Assembly: GCA_964016885.1 (NCBI GenBank)
Contig: OZ024742.1
Span: 359,910,001 to 359,974,000 of the forward strand
From: Eledone cirrhosa
Lineage: Eukaryota
Direction: 5' to 3'
Length of the DNA: 64,000 nt
Below the pieces are notes generated by a model. The model was not told where the DNA came from. It did no database searches and saw nothing but the letters and a program-made list of their open reading frames with translations. The position numbers and the translations under genes are program-made. Shown here one piece after another: positions 1-15,375 of this stretch (positions are counted from its first letter, which is position 1; each line of letters begins with the position of its first letter).

Positions 1-79
1 GACCTCCACCCATCCCACTCCCACCCTCTCCTATCACCTGAAAAGATATAAATACCACAACATTTATTTTTGGAAAGCC

Positions 80-130
80 AGATTCCTGATGATTTCTAAA
101 TAATGAAACAGTTCTAGTCCTGTAGAATCT
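80..130 (+). ncRNA. Type I hammerhead ribozyme motif in a PLE pLTR-like remnant (element about 1-217, ends at (TA)n)
   Basis: AGATTC-CTGATGA-tttctaaataat-GAA-ACAG(ttctagtc)CTGT-A-GAATCT: stem I AGATTC/GAATCT, stem III ACAG/CTGT, GUA cleavage triplet; near-identical copy at 29759-29811. Confidence 0.8.
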
Positions 131-234
131 CATCTATATTAAAACTTTTATACTCTGCTATGTATTGAGTACCTTACTTACTGTGGTTACCTCCGATTCA
201 ACCCGGAATAGCTTACCTATATATATATATATTC

Positions 235-294
235 AAGGGCGGTGCCCCAGCATGGCCTCAGCCGGATGGCTGAAACAGGTAAAAGGGTAAAAGA
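235..294 (+). mobile_element. 3' tail fragment of a SINE/LINE
   Basis: AAGGGCGGTGCCCCAGCATGGCC..CAGCC..GGCTGAAACAGGTAAAAG(GGTAAAAG): hairpin plus short repeated tail typical of retroposon 3' ends; family recalled, not verified. Confidence 0.45.
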
Positions 295-297
295 GTA

Positions 298-597
298 TAT
301 AAAGAAAAAGAGATGAAATCGAAAATGCAACTGAAGTCTTATTTTTTTTTTAAATATATATATTTATTTGGTTCCTTTACCGGTTTCGCAGTTCTGCTTT
401 TCAAAAGGTGAGTTGAGATGGAGGGTCTGTGGTTTTTCTCACATCTGATGTGAGAAAAACCACAGACCCTCCATCTCAACTCACCTTTTGAAAAGCAGAA
501 GAACTGCGAAACCGGTAAAGGAACCAAATAAATATATATATTTAAAAAAAAAATAAGACTTCAGTTGCATTTTCGATTTCATCTCTTTTTCTTTATA
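298..597. repeat. Near-perfect ~300-bp palindrome (inverted PLE pLTR-like remnant), right arm extends to (TA)n at ~658
   Basis: Arms are reverse complements around CATC-T-GATG at ~445; contains HHR-like motif. Confidence 0.9.
484..521 (+). ncRNA. Minimal hammerhead motif, U3-A8 core variant
   Basis: CCTT-TTGAAAA-GCAG(aagaa)CTGC-GAA-ACCGGT-A-AAGG; palindromic stem III ACCGGT; same TTGAAAA core in the inverted arm. Confidence 0.6.
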
Positions 598-652
598 CTT
601 CCACTCGTGTAGGACACCTCGGTTATTTTTCATTTTGTAAAAAAAACCTCAC

Positions 653-689
<37 letters not shown>

Positions 690-692
<3 letters not shown>

Positions 693-1117
693 TGCATGGT
701 AGTTAGACATGGGCAGCAACTGCAGAGGATATGCGACGGCTGGAGAGAAATGAAGCAAGTATGCTCCGTTGGATGTGCAATGTCAATGTGTGTGAACGTC
801 CGAGCATGGATGTGTTGAGAGAGAAACTGTGTATAAGAGGGATAGAATGTAGTGTGCGGGAGAAGAGACTGCGATGGTATGGACATGTGATGCACATGGA
901 GGATGACCCCCTGGGTAAAGAAGTGCCAAGAAATCCCAGTTGAAGGACGACACAGTAGAGGAAGACCACGAAAAACATGGGCGGAGGTGGTGAGAGCAGA
1001 CCTCAGATTGCTGAAACTCACGGTGGAGATGACGAAGGACCGTGACAAGTGGAGAGATGCTGTGCTGAATAGGACCTGTCCCACCCTTGCTAGCAGGGAA
1101 AAGTGGTCGGAAACTGA
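690..1117 (+). pseudogene. RTE-clade LINE, 3' end of RT ORF (frameshifted)
   Basis: EASMLRWMC...REKRLRWYGHV...GRHSRGRPRKTW...DRDKWR, typical RTE ORF C-terminus split over ORFs 731-943 and 903-; runs directly into trinucleotide tail. Confidence 0.85.
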
Positions 1118-4310
<3,193 letters not shown>

Positions 4311-4405
4311 GAGAAGGTGTGGTGCCGGAGCTGGTAGAGTACTGTAAGGCGGGGGTGGAACCTATTATATAAGGTTGCAAAGTGAAAAAAATGTGAGAAG
4401 AAAAG

Positions 4406-6392
4406 TATATAGTAATACTATATAGTATATTGTATATACTATATAGTATATAGTATATACTATATACTATACAGTATATAGTATATACTCTCTACTATAT
4501 ACTATATACTATATACTATATAGTAATACTATATAGTATATTGTATATACTATATAGTATATAGTATATACTATATACTATATAGTATATACTATATACT
4601 CTATACTATATACTATATACTATATAGTATATACTATATAGTATATACTATATAGTATATTGTATATTGCATATACTATATAGTATATAGTATATAGTAT
4701 ATACTATATACTATATAGTATATACTATATACTATATACTCTATACTATATACTATATAGTATATACTATATAGTATATTGTATATACTATATAGTATAT
4801 AGTATATAGTATATACTATATACTATATAGTATATACTATATACTCTATACTATATACTATATAGTATATAGTATATAGTATATACTATATAGTATATAC
4901 TATATAGTATATATTATATAGTATATAATATATTGTATATAGTATATACTATATAGTATATAGTATATAGTATATAGTATATACTATATAGTATATACTA
5001 TATAGTATATACAATATACTATATACTATATACTATATACTAAATACTATATAGTATATAATATATACGATATATTATATAGTATATAGTATATAGCATA
5101 TAGTATATACTATATACTACATAGTATATACTATAGAGTATATACTATATAATATATACTATATAGTATATAGTATATAGTATATACTATAGGGTATATA
5201 CTATATAGTATATACTATATACTATATAGTATATACTATAGAGTATATAGTATATACTATATACTATATAGTTTATACTGTATAGTATATAGTATATAGT
5301 ATATAGTATATACTATATACTATATAGTATATACTATAGTATATAGTATATAGTATATACTATATAGTTTATACTGTATAGTATATAGTATATAGTATAT
5401 AGTATATAGTATATACTATATGATATATACTATATACTATCTACTATATATAATATACTATATAGTATCTAGTATATACTATATACTATATACTATATTC
5501 TATATACTATATACTATATACTGTATACTATATACTACATAGTATATAGTATATATTATATACTATATAGTATATATAGTATATAGTATATAGTTTATAG
5601 TATGTATTATATAGTATATAGTATATAGTATATAGTATATACTATATAATATATACTATACACTACATAATATATGGTATATATTATATACTATATATTA
5701 TATAGTATATAGTATATAGTATATAGTATATACTACATAGTATATAGTATATAGTATATAGTATATACTATATACTATATAGTATACTAGCAGTGGTACC
5801 CGGCGTTGCACGGATAAGGTATTGTGATATACATAACCGCCTTAGTAAGCTTAGTATTGCCACAACCACGGCTGGCAAAGAAGTAAGTACATAAGTAAGC
5901 AACACTGTGGCTTAAAACGCGAGGAAGAAGTTGTGTGCACTTACCAACTGTTTGGGGAATGAGTGTGAGATTTGCCTTGCGGAAGGGTGGAAAAATACCG
6001 GAGGCAGCAGGCAGCAAGACATACAGACAGATATTAGAAGGGCTTCGACGTTATATGTATGTCTTTATCTAAAAAGAGAAAGACTAAGAATTATAGAAAG
6101 AGATCGCTAAATACTATAGTATAGAGTATATAGTATATACTCTATACTATATATTATATAGTATATAGTATATAGTATATTATATATACTATATAATATA
6201 TACTATATACTATATACTATATAGTATATCCTATATACTATATACTATATACTATATAGTATATAGTATATAGTATATACTATATACTATGTAGTATATA
6301 ATATACTATATAGTATATAATATATACTATATACTATATACTATATACTATATACTATATACTGTATACTGTATACTATATACTATATACTA
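4406..6392. repeat. Pentamer satellite (TATAG/TATAC)n interrupted by an insertion at ~5787-6110
   Basis: Directly visible alternating blocks of TATAG and CTATA/TATAC. Confidence 0.9.
5787..6102 (-). mobile_element. Non-autonomous Helitron-like element (3' end certain, 5' end approximate)
   Basis: Minus strand ends CCTTATCCGTGCAACGCCGGGTACCACTGCTAG, matching the 3' end at 61212-61245. Confidence 0.65.
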
Positions 6393-6604
6393 CGAAGCCG
6401 TACGAAGAGTGAGAAATGATCTTTCGTTTCATTTTTTCCATTTATCGTTTTCGATGCGCCCGGCCGATTAACTCACTCGATATGCAAATTAGGCTGCTCA
6501 GCCGTTAATATGCATAAGGAAAGTATATACTTTCAGACGTTCAATCATCTGGCAGGAAGGTATACGGTGCTGTCGTTCCTTTGGCAGTGTTGAACAAAAG
6601 GGCA

Positions 6605-6780
6605 ACGATGGTTGCTAAACACTGTACGGCTTAATTCGGGATGTTTGTTTACAAACAAACTGGGCATTATAATAAATGTTCGGTAAATCCATATGTATAT
6701 ATGTGTGCATGTATGTATATATATATACATACTACTGTACGTCTGTATACATATATGTATGTACGTATACATACTTATAT
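6605..6780. repeat. Dispersed repeat (also 9518-9700 and 13884-13975)
   Basis: Shared ACGGCTTAAT.CGGGATGTTTGTTTACAAAC...AATAAATGTTCGGT.AATCCATA...CATACTACTGTACGTCTGTATACA. Confidence 0.8.
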
Positions 6781-7320
6781 TTATATATATATATATATAT
6801 ATACATAGGTATTGTAAGGTCAAGTTACTGTTAGTTCACCGCTTTGATTCCAGAGTCGGGCCGGATCGATAGAGATCGAACCATGAGCTGATCAATCGGG
6901 AAATGCCCATCACACGCGAATAAACTTAATGATAATTTGACATTCTTATTATTACTATATATAATAGACACCACACCACCCTGCCTGTTTTCCTATATTC
7001 TCCCTTCTCCCCAGTTCCCTTCTATATCCACATGTTGGACTATAGTCCTTATTCTCGTCTCTCTTACTATTTCTCTCCTTTGTCTAAGCCATTGTCCACT
7101 CTATATTTGTGTGATTTCTCTAAAGTTATAACTTGTCTCTACCAGTTTGGGAATGAAGGGTATTGACCTTAATGGACCGAAACTGTAGTGATTTCTAGAG
7201 GTTGAAGGTTGACTGAGGAGATGGGACTGTCCGTCTTTCTATGTTTTTCTTTTCCCATTGTCTTGGGCCTGTGCACTCCATATTTTGAATATATATGTAT
7301 ATATAAATATATATGTATAT

Positions 7321-7885
7321 ATATATGAAAGACGTAAAATAAGAAAATTATAATAATTAACTTACTTACTTAAGTTTCACTCCAACTAATTAGTTTCTGA
7401 AAGGGGATATACATAGTGTTCAAAACCATGGAGAATTCCTTTCTTCATCAGGGAGTCAATTCTCTGCTAAGATCCCTGGCGATAGGCAGACACAGGGATT
7501 TCAAACAAAAATAATTCAGTGAATGGAAAAGAAGCAAGCGCGGACTAAATTTCAAGACACTGAAAATTTCACTACATTCCCGGTCAGTGGCAAATTCAAA
7601 AGAATCAATCACGTGACATCGAGGTTAATCAGTGAAAAGTGGGGTGTTAAAAAGACAGTAGCCAAAATATTACTATGAATCATAGCAGTAATTCAGGCAA
7701 ATTTTTGCTCAACAAATAATTTGGAGATAATTATAAAGAATTAGTATATCTACCAACATATTTATACAGAAGTATACTTATGCTAGCAAGATATAGGTTT
7801 TGTCTTAATAACTTTGTGGTTCAATACAAAAATGTAGAACAATATATGAAAGACGTAGAATAAGAAAATTATAGTAATTAACTTA

Positions 7886-7888
<3 letters not shown>
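7321..7888 (-). mobile_element. Retrozyme-like non-coding element: 521-bp unit plus ~45-bp partial repeat, flanked by TA-rich repeats
   Basis: Direct repeat GAAAGACGTA.AATAAGAAAATTATA.TAATTAACTTACTTA at 7327 and 7848; HHR at 7379-7456; no ORF. Confidence 0.65.
7379..7456 (-). ncRNA. Type I hammerhead ribozyme motif
   Basis: ACTCC-CTGATGA-aGAAAGG...CCTTTCa-GAA-ACTAATTAGT-T-GGAGT; palindromic stem III, GUU triplet. Confidence 0.8.
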
Positions 7889-8229
<341 letters not shown>

Positions 8230-8233
8230 GAGA

Positions 8234-8311
8234 TAGAGAGTCCATAAAGTCTGCCTACAGTTCAAAATACTACAGGTATTTAAACTGCACACGGACTTTA
8301 TGGGCACCCTG
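8234..8311. mobile_element. Tiny Tc1/mariner-like MITE
   Basis: Imperfect TIRs: right end reads CAGGGTGCCCATAAAGTCCG on minus, left TAGAGAGTCCATAAAGTCTG; followed by TA. Confidence 0.55.
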
Positions 8312-8479
8312 TATATATATATATACATATATATATAACGAGAGAAGAGTTAACGTAGACAAATAAATGGGGCACCATGAAGATGGCTGCGTGGTTAAGG
8401 GTTGTTGTTTTGTCCTGTCATCAACTCTCTGATGACCATCACTCGTCACTCTAATATTACCCAGATATCCTTGATTTAG

Positions 8480-8587
8480 CGTGGAATAAAGTGTTTTCCT
8501 CGAGGCCACAACGTGCCGCCAGGAATCGATCTCACGACCATAAGATCGTGCACTAAATAACTTGATCACTAAGCCAGGCACCTTCAC
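8480..8587 (-). mobile_element. tRNA-derived SINE 5' part (second SINE family; related pieces 8970-9190, 20200-20490, 32160-32452)
   Basis: Minus strand TGGCTTAGTGATC (A-box) ... GAGATCGATTCC (B-box-like) followed by AAAACACTTTATTCCAC. Confidence 0.55.
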
Positions 8588-8930
8588 ACGTAACTGTAAA
8601 ATGACTCTCTCCACCTTGCAGTGTGTGTATATGTTTATGTATGTGTGTGGGTAACTGTCTGTGTAGGCGTGTGTGTGCGTGTATGTGTGTGTGTTTATGG
8701 GTGTCTGTGTGTGTAGGCGTGTGTGTGTGTGTGTGTGTGTGTGTTTATGGGTGTCTGTGTGTGTATGTCTATGCGCGTGTGTGTCTGTGTGTGCGTATGT
8801 ATATGTGTGCGTGTGTGTGTGCGTCTGTGGGTGTTTATCTGTATATGTGTGTATTTGTGTGTGAGTGTGTATGTGTCTGTGTGCGTGTGTCTGTGTGTGT
8901 GGGGGTATTTATCTGTATGTGTCTGTATGT

Positions 8931-8970
<40 letters not shown>

Positions 8971-9201
8971 AACCTCCGTCGGTTTCGACGATGAGTATCC
9001 CAGTTTTTGATCATCGGAAGAGCCTGATAATGAAATGAATGTACCTGTGGTTGAGTATTCCATAGACACGTGTACCCTTAGCGTAGTTCTCAGAGAGATT
9101 CAGCGTGAAACTGTGACAAGGCTTTAAATTATAAATACAATTTCTTTTTGCGACTAAGTTGACTGGAGCAACGTAAAATAAAGGGTCTGAATAAGTTACC
9201 T

Positions 9202-9348
<147 letters not shown>

Positions 9349-9421
9349 GGGCAATTCCAAAGGAAAAGCAAAGGAAAGAAGAGTGCTATATGTATAGAAC
9401 AGAGCTATTTAATTAAATATA

Positions 9422-9507
<86 letters not shown>

Positions 9508-9700
9508 TATATATATACGATGGTTGTTGGACACTACGGCTTAATACGGGATGTTTGTTTACAAACACACCGAGTATTATAATAAATGTTCGGTGAATCC
9601 ATACGTACATATATATATGTGTGCATGTATGTATATATATATACATACTACTGTACGTCTGTATACATATATATATGTACGTGTACATATATATATGTAC

Positions 9701-9829
<129 letters not shown>

Positions 9830-9844
9830 CATATATTTGTTAGC

Positions 9845-10843
9845 TAACAGCGGCCTCTCGCAATCTATCACTTACTCTCCCACTAACAACAACAGCAATA
9901 ACAAAACAAAGCGTAACAATAGACAAACTATCTGGTACACTCCTCCCTTCTCACTCAACGTTAAAACCAATGTAGGCAAACAGTTTTCTAGCCTTCTTAG
10001 ATAGACACTTTCCAATAGGTCATAATTACCGCCTCATCTTTAATTGACACAAAGTAAAACTAGGATACTCCTGCGCTAAGAACATGAAGGCCCACATCAC
10101 CAACAGCCCTAGGAACAACACCCACGAGGGTGCTCTTGCCGTAAGCCCGAAGCTTGTCCCCTTCAACAGCAATGCAACACACCCACTGTAGTTTATGAAG
10201 CTGTGGTCATTTCCAACTGACCAAATCAACTACAGAGGTCAAATCTAATGTGGGTATGGTTGAGGGCCGATTTAAGGAACGCTTCCTGAACCACCAGTCG
10301 ACCTTTAGGTACCCGGACAGACGTTCATCCACGAAACTCGTGAGCCACGTATGGTCCCTCTAGGACTCAAGTATAGACTACTCCATTCAATGGAAAGCCA
10401 TCACTAAGTCCAAGCCACACGCAAGGGGCAATCCGTCGTGTGGACTATGTATTGATGAACGAATAAATATTCTAAAGAGTTTACGCAATAGCGATTGCCT
10501 AAATCAAGAAATGAATTTTTCACACGTTGTCCAAACGTCTGGAAACACCTCCTACATAACTACAAAGCTCCGGATTGAATTACAACAACATCCTAATTTT
10601 CTTATCAACTAGAAACTTCCGGACTTTCGCAGTTATCTCCCTTACACCTCTCGCACGCAAATGTGTATTGCCTGAGGGAGGTGAGCGTTTCTGCGCATGC
10701 GCGTTCACGAGCTGAGGATCCGCTAAAGTGAAACAATTGTTCTCAGTATGGTGAACTAACTGTTGTGTAACCACTTCTACCTAACTCGTCCCATGGACTG
10801 AATGCTCTACCACTACGGATGTTACCTTCCAGTGTTCTACCAC
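9845..10843 (+). mobile_element. 5'-truncated Naiad-type Penelope-like element (GIY-YIG region plus 3' pLTR), decayed
   Basis: Manual translation from ~9910: IWYTPPFSLNVKTNVGKQF..HFP..KVKLGYSC..FKERFLNHQSTF..STKLVSHVWSL..CGLCIDE; ends with HHR and (TA)n. Confidence 0.8.
10708..10744 (+). ncRNA. Minimal hammerhead ribozyme (family Z) in PLE 3' pLTR
   Basis: GAG-CTGAGGA-tccgctaaagt-GAA-ACAATTGT-T-CTC; copies at 13663-13700 and 31290-31327. Confidence 0.8.
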
Positions 10844-10857
10844 TATATATATATATA

Positions 10858-11384
10858 ATTTTTTTGAATTTAATTATTATCATTTTTAAGATATTTTCTG
10901 TGTTTACACTCCCTTGATTTTATATGTTCTGGCTTGTTAATTTATTAACTTGCCATTGAACCACACTGGCATGTGTTTATTAATTACATGTAGGGCCACA
11001 TAACTTTATTATTATTCTCCCCAATGGTAGAGAAACCTTTGGTCGTTTGAACGGCTGCTATTTTTAGCAGCACGGGATTGACCTGTCCATCTTTCTTTGT
11101 CTTTGCACACGGTCCATAAAGAAATTGTTTCATCATTCATTCACTCTCATTCTGAAGCAGTTTGTATGGCGCCAGTTTGTATTTTGAACTCGGGAATTTT
11201 ATATTCTCCGAGAGAGAAAAGCCTTCTGACGATGATCTCTTTCTCAATGAAAATCCGCTCGGATTATCTATTTGTTTGGGATCTGAATCCGCGGTAAGGG
11301 CACATATAGTAAGTACAGTGAATTTTTTGGAATTTAATTATTATTAATTTTTAAGATATTTTCTGTGTTTACACTTCCTTGATT
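10858..11384 (+). mobile_element. Retrozyme-like non-coding element: 464-bp unit plus ~60-bp partial repeat between TA runs
   Basis: Direct repeat GAATTTAATTATTAT.ATTTTTAAGATATTTTCTGTGTTTACACT.CCTTGATT at 10866 and 11330; HHR at 11221-11301. Confidence 0.65.
11221..11301 (+). ncRNA. Hammerhead motif (A15.1 mutated to T)
   Basis: GCCTT-CTGACGA-tGATCTC...GGGATCt-GAA-tCCGCGGT-A-AGGGC. Confidence 0.65.
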
Positions 11385-11590
11385 ATATATATATATATTC
11401 ATACATTATAGTAGAACACTGGTGGGTTATATCCGTAGTAGAAGAGCACTCAGTCCATGGGACGAGTTTGGTATATATATATGTATATATGCATGTATGT
11501 GTATACGTATGCGTGTGTGTAATGGTGTATGTATATGCATGTGTATGTGTATATATATATGTATATATGTATATATATGTATATATGTAA

Positions 11591-11638
<48 letters not shown>

Positions 11639-11805
11639 GCATGTATGTGTATACGTATGCGTGTGTGTGATGGTGTATGTATATGCATGTGTATGTGTAT
11701 ATATATATGTGTGTGTGTGTATATATGTGTGTATATATATATATGTATATATATATATGTATGCGTATATATATGTGTATATATGTATATATATGTATAT
11801 ATGTA

Positions 11806-11870
<65 letters not shown>

Positions 11871-11898
11871 AAGTTAAATAAAAAGCCAAATGATTAAA

Positions 11899-11953
<55 letters not shown>

Positions 11954-12007
11954 AATGAAACAGTTCTAGTCCTGTATAACTTTTTTTTTTTTGAATATAT
12001 ATATATA

Positions 12008-12360
12008 TGATGGCTGCCCCCTCGTTATCGAGTATGGCCATTGCACGATATACCATTATTTATAATTATTAATTAATTCCGTCGTGCAATGCCTGTGCGT
12101 GAAGATATTTTTTAAAGTGAGGAAAGACTGTGCACTGAGCCAATCCCACTCTCTGAGCGACAGTAGCTATAACCAGGAAAGAAGAAAACATCAACATCAT
12201 TGGTAACTACTGAGCCGCAGGTTTTATATCGGAGGTATCCCAGTTTCCTGAGTTGCCTTCTCCCAGAAGAATGCCCTGATAAAGGCTAGGGGTCCTTCAC
12301 TCCCAGTGGTTTAACCGCGTGATCGGGTGTCCAGCCCGACTATTTCTATGGCCGCGCGCA
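12008..12360. repeat. Dispersed repeat; inverted homologue at 61470-61805
   Basis: Shared CCCCCTCGTTATCGAGTATGGCCATTGCAC...AAAGGCTAGGGGTCCTTCACTCCCAGTGGTTTAACCGC; origin unknown. Confidence 0.75.
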
Positions 12361-12568
12361 TATACATATACATGCACCCATGTATATACACATATACATA
12401 CATGTGTACATGTGTATATACATATTTACACACTTTTGGATGGCCGTTGACTCTTATGAGTTCTTCCGGTCTTTGTCAGGTTTTGCTTTTTGTCCTGCAG
12501 GGTGTCAAAAATCACCCTCCTCACCAAGTAAACCTGTCGCATGGTCGGATCGTCGGCGACTAACCCCA

Positions 12569-12626
<58 letters not shown>

Positions 12627-12629
<3 letters not shown>

Positions 12630-12845
12630 TTATTAAAATAACAGATTAAAGTTTAAGCAAAGAATCGCTGCTTTCACCCTTAACGGGATCTTCAGAAGAT
12701 CCCGTTAAGGGTGAAAGCAGCGATTCTTTGCTTAAACTATAATATGTTATTTTCATAAATATTTGCTCTACGGTTCTTATATATTTGATATATATTTATC
12801 CTAATCGATCCCTCTTTGGATTTTAGTCTTCAAATTTATTATTAT

Positions 12846-12850
<5 letters not shown>
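12627..12850. mobile_element. Family Y palindromic element (arms 12627-12761) in (TA)n
   Basis: Centre GATCTTC-A-GAAGATC lies in the HHR core; other copies at 43556-43790, 60390-60559, 63681-63899, fragment 52185-52215. Confidence 0.85.
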
Positions 12851-12914
<64 letters not shown>

Positions 12915-13009
12915 TTTACATATATATATACATATATATACATATACGTGTTTTGTAACTGGTCACTTTGTGGCTCAATGAAAAATTAATAAATTAAATA
13001 ATCAGAGCT

Positions 13010-13534
13010 ATATATCATAAAACATGTCTATAGAATCACAAGATAAAATATATACCATTTCCTCTCCCAATTAGCATAATTAACTATATAAAAAATCGAA
13101 TAGACCAGGCTATAAGAATGAGGCTTCTATGAAGAAATCTCCGACAAATAACCGAAACTAGCCCTTCGCGTCGGCCGCAGCAGAATATTTATCGAATATT
13201 TCGACAGCGTAATCGCCCAGATACAGTCAACTAAACAGAATTAGGTGTAAAATAAACTAGGAGACAATAGAATACATTTAAACACCTCTACCATGGTTTC
13301 ATCCGTATTTTGAGTTTTCCAATAATTATGTAATAATTATATAAACTCGAGCACCGGATTCATCAGGAAGTTTGCTCTTATCTAGACACTAAATTTTCCA
13401 AAGTGATCGCGCCAAGAATTCATTCAAGCCTCATTCTTATAGCCTGGTCTATTCGATTTTTTATATAGTTAATTATGGTAATTGGGAGAGGAAATGGTAT
13501 ATATTTTATCTTGTGATTCTATAGACATATTTTA

Positions 13535-13540
<6 letters not shown>
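13010..13540. mobile_element. Element with ~115-bp terminal inverted repeats and an HHR in the spacer
   Basis: 13010-13126 is the reverse complement of 13426-13540. Confidence 0.8.
13284..13371 (-). ncRNA. Type I hammerhead ribozyme motif
   Basis: ACTTC-CTGATGA-ATCCG...CGGAT-GAA-ACCATGGT-A-GAGGT. Confidence 0.85.
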
Positions 13541-13592
<52 letters not shown>

Positions 13593-13595
<3 letters not shown>

Positions 13596-13798
13596 TGGTT
13601 ACATAACAGTTAGTTCACCATACCGAGAACAATTGTTTCACCTTAGCGGATCCTCAGACGAGCGAGCTGAGGATCCGTTAAGGTGAAAGAATTGTTCTCG
13701 GTATGGTGAACTAACTGTTGTGTAACCACTTCTACCTAACTCGTCCCATGGAGTGAGTGCTCTACCACTACGGATATTACCTTCCAGTGTTCCACCAC
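13593..13798. mobile_element. Family Z palindromic pLTR remnant (arms 13593-13731)
   Basis: Homologous to the 3' end of the PLE at 9845-10843; both arms stop at the 5' edge of the HHR. Confidence 0.85.
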
Positions 13799-14111
13799 TA
13801 TATATATATATATATAAACATATATACATACATATATATATATATACATATATACATACATATATATATATATATACATATATACGGTAAACCCATACGT
13901 ACATATATATATGTGTGCATGTATGTATATATATACATACTACTGTACGTCTGTATACATATATATATGTAAGTATACGTTCTTACATTTAAGTATAAGC
14001 GGTACTAAGAATGAGAAATGAAATTTCATTTTTTCCACATATATACATACATATATATATATATACATGTTGTAGCTCTGTATATATATATACATCTGTA
14101 TATATATATAC

Positions 14112-14813
14112 ATGTTGTAGCTCTGATTCATATGATTCATCGAGCGCTTGCCACACATATCGGACGTTGATTTTCGTTAATTCCTGAGCTGAAAACGATT
14201 CTCGCTAATTTATATTTGTATTAATCTCCAGAGTCTAGCTATTGAGCAGTTAATTTTATTGATTTTTTCAGTTACTTATATTGACTGTTGAATAGCTCTG
14301 TTATATTTAACCATTCTGTCGAGAGCTTTATTCGATTTGTGATATTTTGCATTCTCGCAATTTTATACACAACTGAATCATTCGCTTAATAGAGGTGTTG
14401 TCTCCCTTGCTGAATCCCACGAGGGGTCAGTAATAGCCACACTATCTATAGCATCTTGGAGCAAAACCCGTTGATAACACGACTTCCTTGTTCATCATCT
14501 CACCAGAAGCCCAACATTCTTTATGTAGGCGGACAGTACATGATTTTGGAGTCACAGAAACCAATACTGGATTTTACCATCAGTCCAGGGTCCGGGAAAG
14601 TATCAACACATATTTTTATTGTTTGACCCGAATTACTTGGTCGTTTGTTTTGGCTGTGCGTATGATATGTTTAACCATCATCTCAGTGTGTTTGGCCCTT
14701 AACGTATGTTGTAGCTCTGATTCATATGATTCATCGAGCGCTTGCCACACATATCGGACGTTGATTTTCGTTAATTCCTGAGCTGAAAACGATTCTCACT
14801 AATTTATATTTGT
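14112..14813 (+). mobile_element. Retrozyme-like element: 594-bp unit plus ~105-bp partial repeat
   Basis: Direct repeat GTTGTAGCTCTGATTCATATG...AATTTATATTTGTA at 14114 and 14708; HHR-like motif at 14467-14596. Confidence 0.6.
14467..14596 (+). ncRNA. Hammerhead-like motif, U3-A8 variant (base of stem II unpaired)
   Basis: CCCG-TTGATAA-cacGACTTC...GGAGTCaca-GAA-ACC..CTGGA..TCCAG-GGT-C-CGGG. Confidence 0.5.
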
Positions 14814-14818
14814 ATATA

Positions 14819-14861
<43 letters not shown>

Positions 14862-14872
14862 ATATATTTGTA

Positions 14873-14967
<95 letters not shown>

Positions 14968-15084
14968 TATCTGTGTGTGTGTGTGTTCGGATCTAGCTGT
15001 CGAAACAGCCGGTGCTCTGCCGTCGGGGTCCTGATTCTTTTTCTATGAGTGTATATATATATGCGTATATATATGCATGTGTAC

Positions 15085-15148
<64 letters not shown>

Positions 15149-15375
15149 GTATGCATGTGTGTATGTGTGTGTGTATATGTGTGTATGTATATGTGTGTAT
15201 ATGTGTGTATGTATGTATGTGTGTGTATGTTCCACACTGTAATTCCCTCCACGCTCTGATTCACCTCCTCTCTTCTCGACTAACACTCAAACACATTGTT
15301 AAAACTGTTCATTATATTACATTACATAATTACCGATATATATATATATACACATATATATATATATATATATAT

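Noticed and set aside
6813-6942. TGTAAG...AATAAA...TTGACA mini solo-LTR
   Set aside because: No TSD, single copy, weak terminal inverted repeat
10040-10052. In-frame TGA in a Naiad-type PLE as selenocysteine (reported for some Naiads)
   Set aside because: It falls at an Arg position (IFNRH in the copy at 38705-39415), consistent with CGA>TGA decay; the Cys positions I checked use TGY codons
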